DNA of 64,000 bases, from assembly GCF_009914755.1 (NCBI RefSeq), contig NC_060939.1. One strand, 5' to 3'. Position 1 is the first letter of the stretch; the number at the start of each line of letters is the position of its first letter. This DNA comes from the human T2T-CHM13v2.0 reference genome, Homo sapiens. Below the pieces are notes generated by a model, which was given only the letters and a program-made list of their open reading frames with translations, searched no databases and was not told where the DNA came from. A program made the translations under genes and the position numbers. This document shows positions 28,330 to 39,660 of the stretch, piece after piece.

Positions 28330-28885
28330 GGCAGTGGCAGTTTCAGGGTATTCAGGGAATTGCCTGCCCATGCAGCAATGTGCCCTAGGCACCCGTGGGA
28401 GCTGTGATGGGCAGAGTGAGTTGATCAGTCAATGGTGTTTGTGGACTTCACTAAGGCAGTTGCATCTGTCAAATGCATCAGTGTGTGGGGAACACTAGGC
28501 AAGATTGGCTGTTGAGGGAAGTTTCCACAGATGATTCTTTCACTATATGAGGGAATCATGAAAAGGGATGCAGCTGTGAGAGATACCAAATCCATTTACT
28601 GTAAGTAGGAGTACAGGCAGAGTGATAGCTCTCTGCTATTAACATAACGTGCTCCACACTGCCTTCAAGTACAGTAGTCCAGCAAGAGTAATCACTCTAC
28701 ACGAGGTTAGCAGTAGAAAGAAAGACAAATGTCCTACATTACAGACTCTCCATAGAATAATCATGCTGCAGGTGTGGTTACGTTTAGTGGCAGATAATTT
28801 GGTATTCTGGATTGCAGTGCAATGAAAAACATTTTTAAAAGTAGATGATAGGTCTCAGTATACTTTATAATTTGGAGAATTTAAT
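28330..28885 (+). pseudogene. Fossil RTE-clade non-LTR retrotransposon reverse transcriptase fragment
   Basis: Manual translation from 28432 gives MVFVDFTKAVASVKCISVWGTLGKIGC*GKFPQMILSLYEG. It is preceded by an SFR motif at 28339 and followed by PFTVSRS/RQSD (28592-28626) and VADNLVF...DR...FG (28787-28876), i.e. RT motifs in the correct order and spacing. Confidence 0.8.
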
Positions 28886-29978
28886 TACAAGTATACATTC
28901 TTAGTCCAAATTCTTTTCCCAGTTTCCAACTTCCTTAAAGAACATCCAAAATCAATGTGCACATCAAATTCCACTTTTTCCTCTCCTGCTCCCAACATAT
29001 ATACATCCATAAAAAAAAGAGTCTAATTTCCATTCTAACTCATTATTTCTGACCTATTGGGGAAGAGGTCAGAAATTCACATTGGAACTTTAATATGTGC
29101 AAATTGCAGCTAAGTTTAAAAATAACTCTTTCTTAGAGTTCAACCCCTGGCTTTTATACTGACACCCACATTTGAGCTCTCTGTGGTTTTTGAGTCCTAG
29201 CTTTGCCTGTGGAATTCTCCAAGACTGGCCACACTCCTTAGTGACAACCAGCTTTTTGAGACATCCTTGGATGCTTTCTTCTTGGTTGCATTTGTCTTTT
29301 CAGCGCTTAACACACATTGCCTCTAGAGAATACAGCAATGTTTCTCAAGGAAGGTTGACCTGGCTGGCATCTCTACACCTCTTAATTGTTCCCTGTAGAT
29401 CTCATACATATCAGACATTTCATGAGTTAGCACTAACAGGGAAATGGTTCTATTATAAACTTTTACCAAAGTCAAAATCAGAAATCTCCAATAAGAAGAT
29501 ATTAAATGTATCAGGCAGTGGGCTGTAAAGAAATCATTTTTCCAGCATGGTAGAAGGTTGTACCAAAGATATTCCTCAGACATACCTATGCCCTAGCTAA
29601 CCTTTCTCCTTGTGAAGCAACCCTCTCACATGCCAAGGATAACAACATGGTTTGGCTGACACTTTGATCCAAAATAAAATGTTATTTCACAAACATAACA
29701 TTATATGGAAATCTGTAGATTGTATAAGTTCTTTATGAATATGCCAAAGTAGAAAATAACTGTGACACTCTAACAGTTGCCTTTGCCAGGTCTGTTAAGA
29801 CCCTACCTTGTACAGAGTGACATCCACATGCTGCATGTCCTACATAGGTCCTCTGGAAACCATGCGGTCCATAAGACCACGTGCTGGAGACCAAGTGCTG
29901 CCACTTCCTCCTCTGTGTTGCCACTGGCTTCTGATTAGACACTGCAACTGTGTCTAATTAGGAGTATGGCTTGCTATC

Positions 29979-30782
29979 TGATATGGTTTGGTTTTTGTCC
30001 CCACCCAAATCTCATCTCAAATTGTAATCCCCACATGTCATTGGAGAGACCTTGTGGGAGGTGATGGGATCATGGAGGTGGTTTCTCCCACGATGTTCTT
30101 GTGGTAGTGAGGGAGTTCTCATGAGATCTGATGGTTTTTAAAGTGGTGGTTTCCCCGCTCTCTCTCTTCTGTCACCTTGTGAAGAAAATGCTTGCTTCTC
30201 CTTTGCCTTCTGCCTTGATTTTAAGTCTCCTGCACCATGAGGAACTGTGAGTCAATTAAAACTTTCCTTCATAAATTACCCAGTCTTAGGTATTCTTTTT
30301 AGCAGTGTGAAAATGAATACAGATACTTGGTACAGGCAGAGTGCAATACTGCTATAAAGAAAATCTGAAAATGGGGAAGTGAATTTGCAACTGATCAACA
30401 GGGAGAGGTTGGAACAGTTTGAAGGGCTCAGGAGACAGGAAGATGTGGGCAAGTTTAGGTATTCCTAGAGACTTGTTGAATGATTTTGATCAAAATGCTG
30501 ATAGTGATGTGGACAATGAAGTCCAGGTTGAGGTGATCTCAGATGGTAATGAAGATGGCTTTACAAATGGCAGTTTCCCTTGGTCTCTCTCCCTCCTACC
30601 ACGTTATGAAGAAGGAACTTGCTTCTCCTTTGCCTTCCTCCATGATTCTAAGTTTCAAGTCATGCAGAACTGTGAGTCAATTAAACCTCTTTTCTTTATA
30701 AATTGCCCAATATCTTTATAGCAAGTGAAAGGTATTCTTTATGTAGGTATTCTTTATAGCAGTGTGAAAACGAACAAATACA
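29979..30782 (+). mobile_element. Deleted THE1D-like MaLR (5'LTR, 230 bp of internal region, half of 3'LTR)
   Basis: tgatatggtttgg start; LTR to 30321; internal to ~30553; then mid-LTR sequence to ...aaataca. Perfect TSD ctatc (29974-29978, 30783-30787). Confidence 0.9.
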
Positions 30783-31358
30783 CTATCTTCAATCTGTAAT
30801 CCACCTAAAATGTTGCAGACACCCCGAAGATGCCAAATAAATACAACTATTGAGTAGCCTTCAAGACTCTCGACAGTACTATTCCAATCTCTATCTTTAG
30901 CCTTGCCATCTATAACTCCCTTGAGTGTATGTTATGTTCAGGTGCACTGGATTAAGGGTTGTCACTGATTACCATCCTCACCTTTCCACATCTGTGCCTA
31001 TGCTCTGCTGCTCTGCTTGTGGGCTTTCTCCTTATGTCCACCTCTAAATTTCCAAGCCATGTCAACACTCATCTCAAAACTGCCTTCTTCACAAATCCTC
31101 AGTTATCCTTCCTCCATGCGTGCTGATGTGACTCTGATGAACCCCTCCTGGCACTTTATTAACATGGGTTATTACTGCATTTTCCTCAATCTGCTTTTGT
31201 ATTACCATCACAGCCTCCTCCTAATTTCTGTCACTGGACTTAAATTCAGCAGTGTATCCTTTGGAACCAAAATGTTTGATAATTTAAATCATATATTTTC
31301 AAAAGGGGCAAAATCCCTTTTAAAAAATCAACACAGATGCTTCAACGTGAAGTCATAG

Positions 31359-31499
31359 CAGTGGTTCACAAACTTTAGTGGTCAAAGCCAAAAGGAACTT
31401 TTATGAAGTCTGTGATAGGTTCCGGAAATTGCATTTTTAACAAGCTACTCAAATGATTCTGATGCAGGTGGTACTAGTGCCATTCTTGGGAAATAACTG
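31359..31499. mobile_element. MER5A-like hAT-Charlie MITE
   Basis: cagtggttcacaaacttt terminus; tgcatttttaacaagc...tgattctgatgca core; ...gaaataactg end. Confidence 0.75.
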
Positions 31500-33039
31500 C
31501 CAGAGAGAACAATTACTAAAGGGAGCAAGGGCAGGTGGTAGCCAATGTGTAAAACAAACAATTATCCTCAATTTAAAACTTAACTAGTTCTGGCTTCACA
31601 GTATAGAAGGCTGGTCCAAGTACAGAAAGTGGTTAGCTGTCTACGATAAAAATATCATGCTTGAAAAGTGCAGTGAAAGGGAATTACACTGGACAACAGT
31701 TCCGCACAACTTAAGAAATAGAATGTAGAACTCTTTAAAAAATGAAATAAAATAAGTTTTATTCAACTGATTCTGTTGGCTTTAGGAATAGCAGACAAAT
31801 TTCGCATACATACTGTAAGAGAAACTTACTTAGAAGCAGTCAATACAAACATCAAATTATATAGTATCTGTTTAGCGCTTAAAATAGCTAAAGTATCATA
31901 AGCTAGAGGAAGAGTTAAATATGTAGAAAATAATCGAATTTTATAATTACCTGCTTGCAAAGGAGGTATTTAATTGTACATAGGAATTATCTTTTAATTC
32001 TATTGTGATTTTCTGTTATTTAAAATCTAAAATATATGGAAAATAAAATTCACATTTATAATATAAAATATCAGCTTGTCCTAAGTTTCTTCGGGCCTAA
32101 AAAGGCTGTGAGAAGAAATAGAATCACAGTAATAGCAGTGATTCTAATTTTGCTCCTACTTGCACCGTTTGCAAAAGACTCCAGTCCCACTGCAAAGCCC
32201 TCTCTCCTACTTCTGGGAGAATTCATGGAGTGTCACACATGTGCAGAAATAGATCATTTTTTAGTTTGCACAGATGCTGAGTTGCTTGGCATCATCTGGG
32301 TACCATTGTGTTTGCCAAGTTCCTAACATTTTTTGTCAGTCATCACTGAGTCCCTCCTTGTCCATAAAACACTGTCATCTTTCACAGCCCAGTCATGGAC
32401 ACAACTAAGATGCTTAACATCCACGGTGTTTGCAAAATGGAGAAGGCTGATTCTCTTTTGGTTCACACTACATTAGAGTGAACTGTGAATACGCTAGCTT
32501 AGGACTGATGCTTTACAGAGTTTTCAACCCCTTTTGCTTACAAAAGCTTTAATTTTCATAGAAGTTAGATATGAATCTAAAGGTGGCTACACAAGGAACT
32601 CAGTATGAATTACACACATAACCACTGCCTCCCAGTGCATAAGTTTCTCCAAAAGCTTCTCATTTATCATGTGAATGAGCTTCTGTTCCTCCTCCACTAC
32701 TAGCTATGGTCAATTTTGTTTATAACCCAACTAAACCAGTCACTAGCTATGTTTTGTTGTTTAAGAACTCTATTTTTATAATGCAAACATGCTACAGTGT
32801 GGGGAAAACATATTATATTGTATAAAATACAGACATCATACCTATGAGACATGGTCTTATTTTTTATTATAAAAGCTTAACTGAGGACCTACCAACCACC
32901 TGAGTATATTTACATACATTTTGTAGCTAATGGCAGAAATAAAATAATTTCCATAAGATTTAATCCTATTGCTCATTGGTAAATATTTTTATTTGGCCTG
33001 CACAGTATTTATAATTTAAAAAATAATTATTGAACAATG

Positions 33040-34060
33040 AGAATAATGATAGCTTATGTTCATTAAGTGCTTATTACATAGGGCGTCACATGAATTTGAC
33101 TCTTTCAGTCCTCAGAAAACACTATGAGCCAGGCAGTATCGCAAAAGTGCACGTCTCCCAGGATAAAAATCACACTGCAGTCTTCACAGCCTTCGGGACA
33201 GCACTATTTTTAAACTCCGTTTTCGGCTGAGAACAATGAGGCCCTGAACAATTGAGTAACACCAGCATCACAGCCTAGTCAGTGGCAGAGCTAGGATACA
33301 AATGTAGTGTCTCTTGCTCCAAAGTTTGCCCTGTGCTATACTGCCCCTGGAATCAGAATATTTAACTTCACAAGGCATATTTCTAGCTCCTGTAGGAAAG
33401 TCAAATGATCTGGCAATAAGAGCCCATCATTTCTGCATGAGCCCAAAGGCTGAAGGGAATGATGGGTGCTCCCCACACCAGCACACACATAACCTTTTCA
33501 GCATAGCCTCTCCCTCTCGATCTCCTCCCTGACAGGGAGCCCTTCAGCATTATCCTGCCTGGTTGCCTTTCCTATAGGAAAACCAAAGGGCAAGTGGAAG
33601 GTTTCCCTATATGCGTGTCTCTACCCCAAAAGTTAGTTCTAAAGGCCCTCCCATCACACATCCCCACAGACCTTCATACATTATGTCACTGCTTGGCCCT
33701 AAGGGCATGTGAGTTTGTGAGTCTATCTAGGCTTTCAAAATAAGAGCTACAAAATAACAGCAAATCTCATGATAGTCTCTGTAGCTACATAATTTAGACT
33801 TCTAGACCAAGACAGTAAAGTATATAGGTTTTGATCACAAGTTTTGGATTAGACAGACACAGTTTAAGTACCAACTTCACCACCTAGTAGCTGTTACTCA
33901 GGATAATTAAATTTAAACCCTGAGCCTCAGTTTCTTTTGCTGCTCCATGCATTTAATAAAATAAATGACATGCCCAACACATTCATACTGAAGGGATAAA
34001 TAGGTGATTAAAATACAAATGAAACTTTGTAAAGTGCTAAATGAGAACTGCTAGTTTTAT
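33040..34060. mobile_element. MIR fragments (~33040-33345 minus, ~33790-34060 plus)
   Basis: agtcagtggcagagctaggata and ccctgagcctcagtttc MIR core words. Confidence 0.65.
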
Positions 34061-36229
34061 TATTTTTCTACATTAGCTCTTAGGTTCATGTATGAGTCTT
34101 TGATACTTTAATTGGAAAAAGGAAAGCATCATTATTAATCACTCAAGTTTATCTATATGATGATGATTTTGCCCTAGGAGCTTCTAACCAGGATGTCATG
34201 AAACAATGGTTCAGTGACTTGATAAAAGCAAAGTGCAAGTTTATCAGTGCTAAACGCAAAGATTATCCTGCAGAGATAGCAGAGATACCTGGCCATTGAT
34301 AGTTAGGTCCTGGTCCATGGCTTTATTCTTCTGAAGACTGTGATGACTAATTACTTAAATGTGCTCTCCCTCTAACATTAACCTGGAGAAAGGAACTATT
34401 TGCTTGAAAATATACTTATTGTTTCTTTCTTGACAAAGCACTTGTAGAAGGCGGAAGGTATCAAAAATGAAACTGTTGTTTCCATTATTTTTCCATGATA
34501 CTTATCTGTTTGCATTATGATGCTGTGATATTTGACTGTTGCAATATTAGATAGTTGGAGCCTAATATTATTGAGGGCCCAGCTAAGTGTTTTACAGAAA
34601 GCCATCAATAAATACTTGCTCAAGTAGCAAATGAATATATAAATAATTGAATGCACTCCAGGAAGTTCACTATATTCACTCTCATTTGCATGAGATCACA
34701 TATACAACTGGCCTCCACATCAAGAAAGGAAGAAAAATAAAACAGATTAAGTCATGGTATCAGCAGAGTACCCCTTACCTCACTAGACTAAGTTCCTTCT
34801 GCATTCCCAAGGTAAGCAATGAGATGCAAATCTGGCTTTGGCTATTCTTTTGAGCATATAATTTCTTAAAGGGAACTTAAAGGGGCCTCATCACTGTTTC
34901 CATTAAATATACAAAGATTTCCTAAAGTTGTACTCAAAAGGGGCATTTCTCATGGGAACTGGATATAAAATCAAACTCCAAATGTCTCCCTTATGCCACA
35001 GCATGGACCAGATGTTCCCAGAGAATATCTGAATATGTCAGGATCAAAGAGTAGTGTGAAGTAGGCATTAAATAAGAAGCCAAGTTCTGATGAAACATAA
35101 AAGGTTTTGATTATTCCATAAATGAAAAACCATCAAGAGATACATAAATGCACAGCTCAGAATACAGATTATATTTAGCAAAAATAATTTTCACAAATTC
35201 TTATATTTTTATTTAATTCTTAAAAACCTAGCATCTGTGAGATTTTTTCAGTAAATGTTGCCATTATTGACTATAAAATATAAAAATATTTAAGTATGTT
35301 CTTATCTAATGAAAGTGTCACAAATGAGTAATTTAGGGTAAGAAGACATGCCCAAATATAGCTTATGATTTGATGGTAAAAAAATACATGGTTTAAGTAT
35401 TTCAATAAAAAATGAATTTTAAGATTTATTAAAATATGAATAATTAAAGAAAACTCTTTTACTATCTCCTGAGAAATCACAGGGATTCTTCATTGTTTTC
35501 TGAGAAACATCATATAAATGGATAATTGCTTAAAACAGGGAAAAATAATAACTTCCAATAATATAAAAGGGCTTAAAGCCAAATATATTTCATTCCTTTG
35601 CCTATGTAAAATAAATAAGCAAAAAATGAGATGAAAATTTTGTCTACAATGAGACTAAAAATGGCTATAAACCTCAAGTTATAGTCTGTCAAAAATGACT
35701 GCCAAATATTTTGCCATTTGGATTAAATCAAGGTAGAATTCTAAAACTCAACATAAAATATTTTATAGTTCAAATAGCACGTCTATTTTCCTGAAAGATA
35801 TGCATGAGACTTCTGAGCACCTACATTTTAATTCTTTTCTTGAGAATATTAAGTCGAGTGGGATAGGAACATAAATAGAATAGTTGACAACCTATTATCA
35901 ACATAATTAAATGAAGCTGGTACCTGCTGGAGCCCACTCATGCATTCTCACACCATTCATGGGCAAATAACAGACCTGCATAGACCCAAACCGCACTCAA
36001 AGTTAGGTATTTACCTGAAAAACTCCAAAATTGGACCTCCTAATAGATACTTTCAGGAAGAGGAAGAAACATACATTAAAAATCAAGGAGATAAATACCC
36101 CAGGAAGAATGAAGAAGAGTTATTTTAGAAATCAAGAGTATAAAAATCTAAGAACTACAGAAACATAGTCAACTTGAGTAAAAAAAAAAAAAGAGTTTAA
36201 AGAAGAAAAATATAATGTTTAAAAGGTAA

Positions 36230-37216
36230 GATAAGATAATAAAGAATAAAACCTCTTATTATATCTCACCATTTTGAGGGTCAGGAGATTCAGACAGGGT
36301 CTGCCTGGTCTTGTCTCTGATCTGCATATTGGACCTCCAATGAGAAGACTCAAATGTTTGGTGGCCCAAACAACTGGAGCTGGTTGGGTATCATACTTTC
36401 TATACATGGTCAGCTTAGTCTTCCTCGCAGCATGGTATTCCCAAGGTAGCTGTACTATATACAGTCCCCTTAAAGACTAGATCAGAACTGTCAAGTGTCA
36501 CTTCCACTATACTCTATAGGTCAAAGTAGTCATGTTGCAGCCTAGATTCAAGAAGACAGAAAATAGAATTTCTCTCAATGGGCAGAATATTTTAAAATCG
36601 TGGATATCTTTATTCTGACAGAAGTGATGATATGCTTTTTGCCAGCAGTTAAGAACATGCCCTAACTTCAAAATTCTTAGAGTCTGCCTTCTCAGATGTC
36701 TCTCGGCATCAAGTGTTACAGATTGAGTTCTCCACAAATCTGATCGTGAGATAATTTGGGTGCATGAATCTTATTGTGAGGTGCTTTTGTGATCAATACC
36801 TTTTGGGAAATAAAGGAAGCAGTATTGAGTAGAGTGAGAAGTTGGGCTGTTCTGCAATCATAACAAGGGACAGAGCTGATCTTGTGTTTCAGGAGTTGGA
36901 AATTTGACCTAAACTGTTACAAGGAACTGGGCTTTTGTAACCTGACATTTCAAGTTGTTGAATGCTTCCATAGGAATTAGGCATTTCTCTCCAGCTGAGA
37001 GCAATTTCCACCAGTGCAGTGCCTCCAAAACTGTGAGAAAAAAGATTCTACTGTGTATACATCACCCAGTTTGTGGAATTCTGTTGTAACAACACAAAGA
37101 AATAAGGACAGTAATCTTAACTTTATCTTTAAGAAAATCCCTTTAGCCATGTAACATAATATATTTATGGGTTCCAAGGATTAGAGTGTGCACATCTTTG
37201 GGCGGCATTCTGCCCA
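36230..37216. mobile_element. Patchwork of old LTR fragments: MLT1H-like (~36230-36610), LTR16-like (~36712-37020), MLT1 pieces (~37020-37216)
   Basis: gtgtcacttccactatactcta..ggtcaaag, gcctccaaaactgtgagaaaa and tgttacagattgagttctcc motifs. Confidence 0.6.
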
Positions 37217-37663
37217 TTTGAGCACTATTTAAAGCAGCAACAGCTAACATCCAGAAGCAACTGATTCCCGTTATTATTTAATTTTTCTCAAAAGCACCGA
37301 TCATAATCAAAACAATTTACTTATCATTTATGAACTCCTCCTAACATATAACTTCAAGGCAAAGGTTTTATGTTTTTTCATTCATTGCTATATTTCTAGT
37401 GTCTAAAAGGTGCCTAGCACATAATAGGTATTTAAGTATTTATTGGATGAATAGATTAAAAACTGATTGTCTATAAATACAAAGAAAAAAAGTAAATTGT
37501 TTGCATTAATGTATTTCAAATCTGGTGTAACACCTTAAAATTTGACAAAGATAGCTCAAATAGGAATAATATAAAATAATGGCTGAAGGTATGGACACTA
37601 CACTATGGCCTTTATTTACCCCTGCAGCGAACAGCAGAATTAGTAGACAGGGTGAAGAACACA

Positions 37664-37796
37664 TTTTTTTCTTTTTTTTATAGAGTCAAGGTCATATATT
37701 TCCCATGCTGGTCTTGAATTCCTGGCCTCCAGCAATCCTCGTACCTCAGCCTCCCAAAGCGCTGGAGATTACAGGTCTGAGCCCCTGCACCTGGCC
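37664..37796 (-). mobile_element. FLAM_C-like free left Alu monomer
   Basis: T-tail plus a single ~120-bp Alu monomer ending ...gcacctggcc. Confidence 0.85.
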
Positions 37797-38099
37797 TAAA
37801 GAAGTAACTTGATACTTCATTCTAAATAACCATTTGTTGTTTAAATGTTTTGCAACATAAAAGCATTTACTGAGGTAATTAAAATGTGTAAAGAGAATCA
37901 TTTATTTCCTCAAAACGAAAAAGCAAACAAGAAAACTTCTGACCATAGTCAAATTGACAAAAAAACAAATTCTCACAAGAATCAGTGGGCCATTAAACAT
38001 AATTTTAATGTTAATCTAATAACAATATTGGACAAATCACTGGAAAATACTGTAATCGGAAAAGTTGGGTGCATTAGTCATATAAGATATTATATTAGA

Positions 38100-39200
38100 T
38101 AATACAGGTTTTATAAAAGTTGGGTATTGACAAATAGCAAGATTAATAGAATAAAATGTAAACTACAGAAATAGCACAGAATATGTATGAGACATTAACA
38201 TATGAGAAAGAATTCAATTCAATCCTGTAAAGACTTTTCAGAGTAACATTTGAATACATTTGTGTGAAAAACGAATAAAAATGTGCCTGCATATTACTCC
38301 TCATACCCAAATAAATTCTAGGCGGCAAGTAAGTTTTAATTATAAAAATAAAAACTGTAATATTAGTAGAAAAACAAAGATAAATGTTTTACATTCTTGA
38401 GTTAGATAAGGCCTTTCCATGAAAGACGTAAATCCCAGAAGACAAAATGGAAGCAATTGATAAATGTAATTATGTAGAAATTTAAAATGTATGCACAACA
38501 AAATTTCAGCCTCATTAACAAAGGCAAAATATGAAGCGCAAATCTAATTAAAATATGACTCATTTGCATGTATTTTATACATAGATCATATATTTATAGG
38601 GCAAAAGGCTAATTTTTTAATATAAAATTATTTTTTGAAATGACCAAAACTCAGATATAAAATATAATCAAAGGAAATAAACAGCATTGCCTAGGAAATA
38701 ACTTAAAAATAGTCAATTGACGTACAATTAAAGAAATGCAAATTTGAACATTTTTGGTAGCACTGTTCACCAATTAGAACACTAAATGCTAAGAAATGTT
38801 AATATACAAAACTCTCATGCACTGTAAGAGAGGTAATTTGTATCATCATTTTAGAAGGCATTTTAAATGTCTAGCCACCTATTTATCACCTGTCTATATG
38901 TATGTACATAGAGAATAGCAATTCCAGCAATAGCACAACATACCTGCAAGAATATAGCCATTTTAATAGGAATATGTTTGACCCCATTAGCTTCACTCGA
39001 ATACGTATCATATACTCACACAATTGTGCAAAGACAAATTGAAGATTTATTGCACTACACTCTTTGTAATTACATAAAATGAAAAATAAGTAAATGTTCA
39101 GTAATAAAAAGTATTATAAAATAAATTGGTCTTCCATATGATAGCCTGCTACACAGCTCTTTTGAAGAATGAGGTAGCAAGAAATATTTGAACGATTTTG
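38100..39200 (+). mobile_element. Very old L1 (L1ME-type) ORF2/3' remnant
   Basis: Patchy L1 similarity (aaagaaatgcaaatt; tcttgagttagataaggcctttc). Confidence 0.55.
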
Positions 39201-39283
39201 TATTTTTTTCCATTGTAAAATTCTCCCTTTCTATTTAAAAAATATCTTGGGGAAAATACTTCGCACTTACCTTGTTTCTCCTT

Positions 39284-39660
39284 TGTACTAGTCTGCTCTC
39301 AAGCTGCTAATGAAGACATACTCAAGCCTGGGTAATTTATTACAGAAAAAAAAAAAAAAAGAGATTTAACTGACTCACAGTTTTGCTGGGCTTCGGAGGC
39401 CTCAGGAAACTTAAAATCATGGTGGAAGAGGAAGCAAACAGGTCCTTCACACCACGGCAGCAAGGAAGTGCAGAGCAAAAGAGGGACAAGCCCCTTAGAA
39501 AACCATCAGATCTCGTGAGAACTCACTATCATGAAAATAGGATGGGGGAAACCGCACCCATGATTTAATTATCTACACCTGGTCCCTCCCACACACCTGG
39601 GGATTATGAGGACTACAATTCAAGATGAGATTTAGGTGGGTACACAGCCAAACCATACCA
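39284..39660 (-). mobile_element. THE1C-like solo LTR
   Basis: tgtactagtctgctctcaagctgctaatgaagacata...cacagccaaaccatacca; internal A-run expanded at ~39346-39360. Confidence 0.88.

Noticed and set aside
28190-28330. Upstream extension of the RTE fossil (*GVILVD*TG/VFIR resembling RGISLL..GKVF)
   Set aside because: Overlaps L2-like sequence and lies about 8 codons too far from the GFR motif, so it was left out of the call.
32115-32146. 9-bp stem hairpin tagaatcac...gtgattcta as a structured RNA
   Set aside because: A short AT-rich inverted repeat of this size is expected by chance; no other ncRNA features.
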